From: Gemmatimonadota bacterium
GTDB lineage: Bacteria; Gemmatimonadota; Gemmatimonadetes; Longimicrobiales; RSA9
Direction of reading: 5' to 3'
Length of the DNA stretch: 64,000 nucleotides
Assembly (NCBI GenBank): GCA_017881445.1
Contig: JADGQX010000001.1
Coordinates: forward strand, 1,942 to 65,941
Within the stretch, counting starts at the first letter, position 1, and each line of letters opens with the position of its first letter. Made by a program: the position numbers and the translations under genes. Positions 9,886 to 17,050 of the stretch are shown here, in pieces. The notes beneath the pieces were generated by a model. It made no database searches, was not told where the DNA came from, and worked only from the letters and a program-made list of their open reading frames with translations.

Positions 9886-9985
9886 CGCTGGGACTGGAGC
9901 GCCGAACGTGGCGGGACGCCAGCAGGCCGGTGACGGCGGCGTGTTCCGCGCGAGGCGCGGACGATCATTACGCGAGGGGGTCGGC

Positions 9986-12900
9986 ATGCGGTCGCGGATC
10001 CGAGGTCAGGGGTGGGCGGGGACGCTGTCACTGGTCCTGGGGCTGTTGGCCTCGGCGTCGGGGGCTGCCGGGCAGGAGTTCGGGCGGAACAAGGTGGCGT
10101 GGGAGAACTACGATTGGCGGGTGCTGCACACGCCGCACTACAACATCCACTACTACCCGATCGAGGCGGAGCACGTCGCGGACGCGTCGCGCATGGCGGA
10201 GCGCTGGAACGCGCGGCTGGGCAGGGAGTTCCAGCACACGCTGACGGAACTGAAGCCGATCATCTTCTACGCGGACGCACCGGCGTTCTACGGCAACAAC
10301 GTGACGCCGGGGCTGGGTCAGGGGGTAGGCGGCGTGACGGAGCCGATCCACACGCGACTGATCATGCCGTTCACCGGTGTCTACAAGGACGACGACCACG
10401 TGCTGGGGCACGAGATGGTGCACGTGTATCAGTACGACATCGCGGAGGGTCGGGCGGGAGCGGCACAGACGACGGGCGGCGGACTGGCGGCCATGGGTCG
10501 TCTGCCGTCGTGGATGATCGAGGGGATGGCGGAGTACCTGTCGCTGGGGCGGGAGGACCCGCTGACGGCGATGTGGATGCGGGACGCGGCGCTGACGGGG
10601 CATCTGCCGACGGTGGCGCAGCTGAACTCGGACGATCCGCGCTACTTCCCCTATCGGTACGGCGAGGCGCTGTGGGCGTACATCGGGGGCAAGTGGGGGG
10701 ACCGGGCGGTGACGGAGATCTACCGCTTCTCGCTGCGGGAAGGCCCTGAGGCGGCACTGCGGCGGGTGTTGGGCGAGTCGCCACAGCAGCTGGGGCAGGA
10801 ATGGCTGACGGCGGTGCGCACGACGTACCTGCCGCTGGTGGAGGGACGGACGCGGCCGGGTGACGTGGGTCACCTGATCACGGGCAAGAACAAGCCGCAG
10901 GACATGAACGTGGGGCCGGAGCTGAGCCCGGACGGCAAGTACGTCGCGTTCTTCAGCGCGCGGGGGCTGTTCTCCATCGACCTGTTCCTGGCGGACGTGG
11001 AAACGGGGAAGGTGGTGAAGAAGCTGGCCAGTCCGATCGGCAACTCGCACATCGAGGACATTTCCTTCGTGTACTCGTCCGGGACGTGGTCGCCGGACGC
11101 GAAGAAGTTCGCCTACATCGTGTACGCCAAGGGGGGCAACCAGCTCGCGATCCTGGACGCCGCCTCGGGCAAGACCCAGCGCTACATCGGCGTGCAGAAC
11201 GTGGGCGAGATGACGAACCCGGCCTGGTCGCCGGATGGCAGCCAGATCGCCTTCAGCGGGAACAAGGGCGGTAACTCGGATCTGTACCTGGTGGACGTGG
11301 CGACGGGGACGACGCGCCAGATCACGAACGACCGCTACGCGGACCTGCATCCGGCCTGGTCGCCGGATGGGCGCACGCTGGCCTGGGCCACCGACCGGGA
11401 GCAGGGCACCGACTTCCAGAAGCTGACGTACGCGCCGCTCAAGATCGCGCTCATGGATGTGGCCAGCGGGCAGATCCGGCTGCTGCCCGGGAATGGCAAC
11501 GCGCAGCAGATCAACCCGCAGTTCTCGGCGGACGGACGCAGCGTCTACTTCGTCTCGAATGCGGGCGGCTACTCGGACATCTACCGCCAGGACCTGTCCA
11601 CGAACCAGCTCTACCAGGTCACGCACCTGGCCACGGGCGTGAGCGGCATCACGGCGCTGTCGCCGTCGCTGTCCGTGGCGCGGCAGACGGGGCGGCTGGG
11701 GTTCTCCGTGTTCCAGAACGGCGGCTACAACCTGTACTCGCTCGAGGCGGGCCAGGCGCAGGGGACGGCGCTGCCGGCGAACCCGGAGCAGGTGGCCTCG
11801 GCGGGCATCCTGCCGCCGGTCACCGCCCTGACCACGAGCATCGTCGTGCAGTACCTGCAGGACCCGGCCATGGGGCTGCCGGATGGGGACACGCGCTACG
11901 CCAGCACCGACTACAAGCCCACGCTGCGCCTGGACTACGTCGGGCAGCCGACCATCGGGGTGGGCACGACCGGGTACGGCACGGCGGTGGGCGGCGGCGC
12001 TTCCGCCTACTTCAGCGACCTCCTGGGGAACCGTACGCTGGGCGTGGCGGTGCAGGCCAACGGCACGATCCAGGACATCGGCGGTCAGGCGTTCTACCTG
12101 AACACGGGCCACCGCTGGAATTGGGCGGCCATGATCGCGCACATCCCCTACCTCACCGGGGGCACCGACGTTACGTCCAACAGCGACGGGACCTACTTCA
12201 TCAACCAGCACCTGATCCGCGTCTTCGTGGACCAGGCGATGATGGCGGTGCAGTACCCCTTCAACCAGACGCACCGCGTCGAGTTCAACGCCGGGTACAC
12301 GCATTACGGCTACAGCACGCAGTTGTTCCAGTTCCTGACCGACGCTGCGGGCAACATCATCGGGGAGCAGCAGAGCAACAACGACCCGCTCTTCGCCGGC
12401 CAGCTGAACGGGTTCCACACCGTCCAGGCCGCCGCGGCGGTCGTGGGGGACTGGGCCATGTTCGGCTTCACCTCCCCCATCGCCGGCGGCCGCTACCGGC
12501 TGGAGGTGAGCCCCACCGTCGGCAGCATGAAGTTCAATTCGGTGCTGGCCGACTACCGGCAGTACCTGTGGGCGAACCCGTTCACCTTCGCGGTGCGGGC
12601 CATGACGTACGGCCGCTGGGGCAACGACGCCGGGGATCAGCGGCTCTCGCCGCTCTTCCTGGGCTATCCGACGTTCATCCGCGGCTACGAGGCCAGCAAC
12701 TTCGGTGGCGCCGAATGCTCCTCCACTGTGGCGACCCAGAGTTGCCCCGAGTTCAACCGCCTGATCGGCAGCAAGATCGCCGTGGCCAACGCGGAGATCC
12801 GGGTCCCGCTTTTCGGCGTGCCGGGTTACGGGCTGCTGAACTTCCCCTTCCTGCCCACCGAGATCGCGCCCTTCGTGGACGCGGGCATGGCCTGGGGACC

Positions 12901-13120
12901 CGTGTCACCCTACACCAACGCCGACTACCAGTCGCCGCGGCTGGTGTTCGACCGGAACCCCGACTGCGCCGTCGGCTGCCGCGTGCCCGTCTTCAGCACG
13001 GGCGTGAGCGCCCGCATCAACGTGCTCGGCTACCTGGTGGCCGAGATCTACTACGCCTACCCGTTCCAGCGCCCGCTGAAGGGCGCCCACTTCGGGTTCA
13101 ACCTCTCGCCGGGGTGGTGA
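9986..13120 (+). CDS. Secreted fusion protein: peptidase-MA-like zinc domain, TolB/PD40-like beta-propeller and C-terminal Omp85 (bacterial surface antigen) type beta-barrel
   Basis: ORF track 9563..13120, trimmed to ATG 9986. A GAGGGGG SD lies 6 nt upstream, and the signal peptide is MRSRIRGQGWAGTLSLVLGLLASASGAAG. HEMVH and MIEGMAEY suggest a zinc site. Repeated SPDG/WSPDG blades follow. The C-terminal third carries FIRGYE, ANAEIRVPLF and PFVDAGMAW, and ends ...FGFNLSPGW. Confidence 0.85.
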   Translation: MRSRIRGQGWAGTLSLVLGLLASASGAAGQEFGRNKVAWENYDWRVLHTPHYNIHYYPIEAEHVADASRMAERWNARLGREFQHTLTELKPIIFYADAPAFYGNNVTPGLGQGVGGVTEPIHTRLIMPFTGVYKDDDHVLGHEMVHVYQYDIAEGRAGAAQTTGGGLAAMGRLPSWMIEGMAEYLSLGREDPLTAMWMRDAALTGHLPTVAQLNSDDPRYFPYRYGEALWAYIGGKWGDRAVTEIYRFSLREGPEAALRRVLGESPQQLGQEWLTAVRTTYLPLVEGRTRPGDVGHLITGKNKPQDMNVGPELSPDGKYVAFFSARGLFSIDLFLADVETGKVVKKLASPIGNSHIEDISFVYSSGTWSPDAKKFAYIVYAKGGNQLAILDAASGKTQRYIGVQNVGEMTNPAWSPDGSQIAFSGNKGGNSDLYLVDVATGTTRQITNDRYADLHPAWSPDGRTLAWATDREQGTDFQKLTYAPLKIALMDVASGQIRLLPGNGNAQQINPQFSADGRSVYFVSNAGGYSDIYRQDLSTNQLYQVTHLATGVSGITALSPSLSVARQTGRLGFSVFQNGGYNLYSLEAGQAQGTALPANPEQVASAGILPPVTALTTSIVVQYLQDPAMGLPDGDTRYASTDYKPTLRLDYVGQPTIGVGTTGYGTAVGGGASAYFSDLLGNRTLGVAVQANGTIQDIGGQAFYLNTGHRWNWAAMIAHIPYLTGGTDVTSNSDGTYFINQHLIRVFVDQAMMAVQYPFNQTHRVEFNAGYTHYGYSTQLFQFLTDAAGNIIGEQQSNNDPLFAGQLNGFHTVQAAAAVVGDWAMFGFTSPIAGGRYRLEVSPTVGSMKFNSVLADYRQYLWANPFTFAVRAMTYGRWGNDAGDQRLSPLFLGYPTFIRGYEASNFGGAECSSTVATQSCPEFNRLIGSKIAVANAEIRVPLFGVPGYGLLNFPFLPTEIAPFVDAGMAWGPVSPYTNADYQSPRLVFDRNPDCAVGCRVPVFSTGVSARINVLGYLVAEIYYAYPFQRPLKGAHFGFNLSPGW

Positions 13121-13139
13121 GGACTGGACGCCCGCCAGG

Positions 13140-13170
13140 GCGCCGACCGGGGCCGTTGCCTGGTCGGCGC
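13140..13170 (+). terminator. GC hairpin 20 nt after the stop of the OMP fusion gene
   Basis: GCGCCGACC (13140-13148) pairs with GGTCGGCGC (13162-13170). There is no T-run afterwards. Confidence 0.4.
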
Positions 13171-13187
13171 TCTCGCCCCGGACGGCC

Positions 13188-13355
13188 GATGGGACGATGG
13201 GGTGATGGGGCGAACAAAGAGCCCGGGCGGCGGCAGCCACCCGGGCTCTTCCCTTTTCGGCGCGGCCGACGAAAGAAGACGCCGGTCGGTCTCGGCCGCC
13301 CGGCGTCTCGACATCCCCCCATCCCCCCATCCCCCCATCCCCCCATCGCCCCATC
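13188..13355. repeat. Octamer-array inverted doublet, copy A: (GATGGGRN)x3 on the left and (NCCCCATC)x5 on the right
   Basis: The left arm (13188-13211) reads GATGGGAC GATGGGGT GATGGGGC. The right arm (13316-13355) reads CCCCCATC x4 then GCCCCATC. The arms are reverse complements of each other and enclose two unrelated hairpins. The element is intergenic, between convergent genes. Confidence 0.8.
13217..13250. terminator. Bidirectional intrinsic-terminator-like hairpin inside copy A
   Basis: AAGAGCCCGGG (13217-13227) pairs with CCCGGGCTCTT (13240-13250), with a 12-nt loop. CCCTTTT follows on the + strand, and TTTGTT follows on the - strand. Confidence 0.5.
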
Positions 13356-13390
13356 GCGCCGTCAGCGTCCGGGCGCGTCCGAGTCCGCGC

Positions 13391-13957
13391 TCAGGCCTTC
13401 CGGCGATAGTCCACCTTGTAGACGATGGGCGCCGGCAGCTGGGACGAGCGGATCGTCACCTGCATGGTCAGGATGGTCCCGTCGGCGGAAACCGAGAACA
13501 GGTTCTCGCGCGAGCCATCCTCGGCGACGAACATCTCCTTCAGCTTCCCCTGCTCCCACACGGTGTTCACATCGAAAACCTCGCCGTCCTCCCGCGTCCA
13601 CTTGATGGACTTGCCATCCGCGGGCGTCAGGATCGGCTTACGGTTGTCCGTCTGGATGGAGACCTGCGCCGACGTGTGCTCGATCGTCAGGGACTGGTAG
13701 GGCTGATTGGTCTTCTTCAGCCGGGAGCGGGCGATCGGGCGCTTGATGAAGTTCATCCTGGCCGTGCCGGCCTTGATGACCTCCTCCACGTTGTCGCTGC
13801 CCTGGGCGGTAAAGACGAAGGTCCCATTCATCGACGGAGCCTGGGTGACGGCGGCTTGCTGCGGCCCGCTGCGGAACGCCGAGTCCGGGTGTCGTCCCGC
13901 GGCCACGAACACCAGCAGAGCCGCAGGTAGGATAGCCAGCAGTCGAGCGCGCTTCAT
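13391..13957 (-). CDS. Hypothetical secreted protein (188 aa)
   Basis: ORF 13391..13957. The signal peptide is MKRARLLAILPAALLVFVAAG, and a GGAG SD lies 7 nt upstream. The amino-acid composition (K, N, F, I, T rich) is unlike the shadow ORFs. I recognise no family. Confidence 0.75.
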   Translation of the reverse strand: MKRARLLAILPAALLVFVAAGRHPDSAFRSGPQQAAVTQAPSMNGTFVFTAQGSDNVEEVIKAGTARMNFIKRPIARSRLKKTNQPYQSLTIEHTSAQVSIQTDNRKPILTPADGKSIKWTREDGEVFDVNTVWEQGKLKEMFVAEDGSRENLFSVSADGTILTMQVTIRSSQLPAPIVYKVDYRRKA

Positions 13958-14044
13958 TACGGCTCCGGATTGTCGGTGAGACGAGAGATCGTCCCCTCCT
14001 ACACGTTGCGGCGCCGAAGGTTGTGCGCCGCCTCGCCCGAGAGG

Positions 14045-14083
14045 GCGGCCGTCCGGGCGCGCCAGGCGCGCCCGGACGGCCGC
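14045..14083 (-). terminator. Perfect 19+19-nt GC palindrome 7 nt after the SGNH lipase stop
   Basis: GCGGCCGTCCGGGCGCGCC-A-GGCGCGCCCGGACGGCCGC. The two arms are exact reverse complements. There is no U-tract. Confidence 0.6.
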
Positions 14084-14090
14084 GGAGCAG

Positions 14091-15374
14091 CTAGCGCGCC
14101 GCCACCGACGCCGTGACCGGCGTCAGCGGGATGCTAATGTTGTACTTGGCGTTGATGGCCTGAGCCAGCGCCACGGCGAACGCCTGGTGGAAGGCGAAGG
14201 ACGGGTGCGTGGCGTCGAGGCTGATGAAGGTGCCGAAGTAATTCGGCGCCGTCGGCCCCGGGCATGTGGCCGCAACGGCTGCGGCGAAGGTCGCCAGGGT
14301 CGCGGTCGCCAGGCCCTGGCACTTGCGATCCTTGTTGGGATCGGCCACCACGCTCGCCATGGCCGTATTCGGGTCGATGAAGGCCCAACCGTTGGCGTCG
14401 GCCGCCGCCTTGACCGCGGCGTTGATCTGCGCGATGCGCGTCTCGAAGACGACGATCGAGGGCGCGCCGCCCGCGGCGCCCGCCACCGACGTCGTCGTCA
14501 CCCATTTCCCGGGCGTGCACTTGATCACGGTGACCGATGGATCCGCCGCGACCTGGAGGGAGACCAGGTTCGCGCCGAAGGGGTTCGGCTGTCCCAGCTG
14601 GTTCACCGGGGCGCAGCTCGGGTCCACAGGCTTGCCGAACTGGTTGGGATTGGCCGTGTACGCCGCGTAGAAGAACGCGCCCGGCTGCACGATCGGAGCG
14701 ACCTGCGGGACATCGATGACGCCGATCAGCACGGCGCCCTGCACGCCGGCCGCCTTGATGGCGGTCACGGCGGCGTTCAGAGATGCCGTGTAGGTGGCCA
14801 GAGGCGTGAGCACGGCGGCGGTGGTGTCGCCCAGGTTCACGGCGTTGAGGATGTCGTTGTTCGGCGCCGCGAAGCTCACGAAGGTCGGATGCTGCGCCGC
14901 CATCGCCTGCGCCTCGGTGAGCCCGCCGTTGATGAACGTGCTCAGCGCGTTGGCCGCGCCCGGACTCAGCGGGTTCGTGATGTCGCCCACGTACTCGCCC
15001 GGGACCGCCACGTTGTTGACCAGCCCCCGGAACGCCGCGCGGAAGGCACAGCCGCCGGGCGGATTCGCCGTGCGCGTCGGGCCCAGCGGGACGTTGAACG
15101 GCGCCGGGCAGCCGACGCCCAGTGAGGGGTAAGTGAAGGGCACGTTGGCCATGCGCGCCAGCAGCACCGGATACGCCTGCTTCTGCGTGCTGTCGCTGAT
15201 GCCGGCCGACTGCATGCCCGCCGTGATGGAGTTGCCCATCGAAACGTAGACCGCCAGCAGCGGCGTCCCTACAATGGGCGCGTTGGCAGTGATCAGCTTA
15301 TCGCCGCTCACGCAGCCGGCGGCGAGCGCCGCGGCCCCGAGAACGACGGCCATGCTGCGAATCGAAGCTCTCAT
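14091..15374 (-). CDS. SGNH/GDSL-family hydrolase lipoprotein (lipase/esterase-like)
   Basis: ORF 14091..15374. The signal peptide has a lipobox (VVLGAAALAAGC). Block I is GNSITAG and block V is DATHPS (DxxH). A GGAGAG SD lies upstream. Confidence 0.85.
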   Translation of the reverse strand: MRASIRSMAVVLGAAALAAGCVSGDKLITANAPIVGTPLLAVYVSMGNSITAGMQSAGISDSTQKQAYPVLLARMANVPFTYPSLGVGCPAPFNVPLGPTRTANPPGGCAFRAAFRGLVNNVAVPGEYVGDITNPLSPGAANALSTFINGGLTEAQAMAAQHPTFVSFAAPNNDILNAVNLGDTTAAVLTPLATYTASLNAAVTAIKAAGVQGAVLIGVIDVPQVAPIVQPGAFFYAAYTANPNQFGKPVDPSCAPVNQLGQPNPFGANLVSLQVAADPSVTVIKCTPGKWVTTTSVAGAAGGAPSIVVFETRIAQINAAVKAAADANGWAFIDPNTAMASVVADPNKDRKCQGLATATLATFAAAVAATCPGPTAPNYFGTFISLDATHPSFAFHQAFAVALAQAINAKYNISIPLTPVTASVAAR

Positions 15375-15414
15375 GAGCTAGCTCTCCGGACTCGTGGTTG
15401 TCCGCTCGGCCGCC

Positions 15415-16839
15415 TCAGCGGGCAGGCCCGAAGGTGTAGCGCAGGTTCGCGCCGAAGATGTTGGCATCCGCCGTGTACAGCCCGACGTTGACCGTGCTCG
15501 CGGTCACGTTGCGCGTGGTCAGCGGGTACACCCGCCCGCGCCGGTCCGCCTGCACCACGTGCTGGACGAACAGGTCCGCCGCCAGATCCTTGGTCAGGTG
15601 GTACGACAACCCGCCGGAGTAGTAGTCCCGCTGGGCCTCGGGCAGCAGCGGCGACACGGCTACGTCCGTCTCCGCCGCCTGGCTGTAGGACCAGCCCGTG
15701 CGCAGGTCCAGCGACGGCATGACGGCCCACTGCGCGCCCAGCCGGAAGGTGTTGGTGTTCTGGTTCAACACGAAGAGCGAGTCCGTGGACGGATGGTTCG
15801 CGAACTTGAGCGCGAACACGTCCCACTTCGACCACTGCGTCCACTGCCAGTCGCCGGTCAGCTCGAAGGCCGGCGTCGGCTTGAACGCCACGCCCACCAG
15901 CGCCATGGCCGGGAACGGGATCGCCGTCACGACCTTCTGGTTCGCCAGCGCGCCGGTTCCCGTGAACTGCGACGTGAACAGCGCGTCGAGCGGCGTGCCC
16001 GCCGGCGCGCTGAACGGATTGCCGGTGGCCAGCACGCGATTGGTCGGGACCTGCGTGAAGGTCGCCGAGCCGTTGTTGAACTTCACCTTCGCGTTCATCA
16101 TGTAGCGCGCGCCGATCGAGAGCTGGTCCGACAGCTTCAGCAGCGCCGCGAAGTGCCCGGTCACGGCCGTAGCGTTGCCCTTCAGCTCCGCGTTCGCGAA
16201 GTCCGTCCCGAACGGGATACCGAAGTTGTTGAAGGTGGCGCCCCCGGCTCCCGGCACCGCCTGCGTCGCCAGGTCCACGCGCTGGAAGATGTCCACCGTC
16301 CCCATGACCACGTCCAGCCCCGCCCCCAGCGACAGGCGCTTGGGCACGACCTGGTACGCGACCGTCGGCTGGATGTAGATCGCCTTCACGGTGTTGTTGT
16401 AGCCGGTGAACCGGCCGGGGAACGGGTTGGTCGCGTCCAGAGGCCAGGTCAGCGTGAAGCCGAACGGCGCCCAGACGCCAATCCCCGCCGCCCACTTCTC
16501 GCCACCGCGGTAGTTGATCCACGCCTGCGGCACCAACGGGTTCTCGGGTCCGCGCTTGAACGTCACGGACGGATTCGCGTCGAACTGGAACGTGTGCGAG
16601 TTCCGGATGACGCTGGCCCCCACGCTGATCACGCTGGGCTGGAAGGCGAGCGCCGCGGGGTTGTAGAAGACGGCGGACCCGTCGGCGCATGGGTCGGCCG
16701 TGACTGCCTCGTTGCGCCCGCTATTGCACGCGCTGTGCGTGTTCACGCCGATGCCCTGTGCGCCCAAACGCGAGGCGAAGGGGACCGACATTGCGAGAAC
16801 CGACGCCGCCAGCACCGCGGCGCGCCTGCCGTGCCTCAT
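15415..16839 (-). CDS. fadL: Outer-membrane long-chain fatty acid/hydrophobic compound channel (OMPP1/FadL/TodX family)
   Basis: ORF track 15415..16983, trimmed to ATG 16839 (AGGAGG SD 8 nt upstream). The signal peptide is MRHGRRAAVLAASVLAMSVPFASRLGAQG. It carries a FadL-like N-terminal AVFYNPAALAF motif, shows alternating beta-strand character throughout, and ends ...NLRYTFGPAR. Confidence 0.85.
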   Translation of the reverse strand: MRHGRRAAVLAASVLAMSVPFASRLGAQGIGVNTHSACNSGRNEAVTADPCADGSAVFYNPAALAFQPSVISVGASVIRNSHTFQFDANPSVTFKRGPENPLVPQAWINYRGGEKWAAGIGVWAPFGFTLTWPLDATNPFPGRFTGYNNTVKAIYIQPTVAYQVVPKRLSLGAGLDVVMGTVDIFQRVDLATQAVPGAGGATFNNFGIPFGTDFANAELKGNATAVTGHFAALLKLSDQLSIGARYMMNAKVKFNNGSATFTQVPTNRVLATGNPFSAPAGTPLDALFTSQFTGTGALANQKVVTAIPFPAMALVGVAFKPTPAFELTGDWQWTQWSKWDVFALKFANHPSTDSLFVLNQNTNTFRLGAQWAVMPSLDLRTGWSYSQAAETDVAVSPLLPEAQRDYYSGGLSYHLTKDLAADLFVQHVVQADRRGRVYPLTTRNVTASTVNVGLYTADANIFGANLRYTFGPAR

Positions 16840-16885
16840 GGAGAACGCCTCCTGACCAGGTGAGCTGCGGAACGAATGGCCGCGA

Positions 16886-16914
16886 ATAATGCGGCAGTTC
16901 AGCGAGAAAGGCAA
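16886..16914 (-). promoter_or_regulatory. Weak sigma-70-like promoter candidate for fadL
   Basis: The minus strand reads TTGCCT, a 17-nt spacer, then CATTAT. It sits in a locally AT-richer patch about 45 nt upstream of ATG 16839. The consensus match is only moderate. Confidence 0.25.
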
Positions 16915-17050
16915 ACCTCCTCCGCGTCGGACCGCCCTCCGCCGGCCCGTCGTTCGGCGGCCCGAACAGGAAGACTTGGCCATTTTTCACGCCGGGATGG
17001 AGGATTCCTGGACGTTGCGCCCTCCACCGCGCCGGATATAAGGTCAAGAC

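Noticed and set aside
10028-12418. A 796-aa minus-strand ORF inside the OMP fusion gene. Similar antisense ORFs lie at 475..1530, 1651..3810, 33469..36147 and 40037..41986.
   Set aside because: All are antisense or off-frame to genes with strong motif support. All show the Arg/Pro/Gly/His bias typical of non-coding frames in GC-rich DNA.
13098-13346. ORFs translating the octamer repeats into MGGWGDGGMGG... or PHPPIPPSPHPPI... peptides. The same occurs at 30709..31019 and 33536..33897.
   Set aside because: The peptides are just translations of the simple repeat in whichever frame is open. The same repeats occur in both orientations and in different frames at the three loci. The ORFs have no SD and cross hairpins.
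13188-13355. The octamer and hexamer arrays as CRISPR arrays.
   Set aside because: The units are only 6-8 bp and directly abutting, with no spacers. No cas genes are present.
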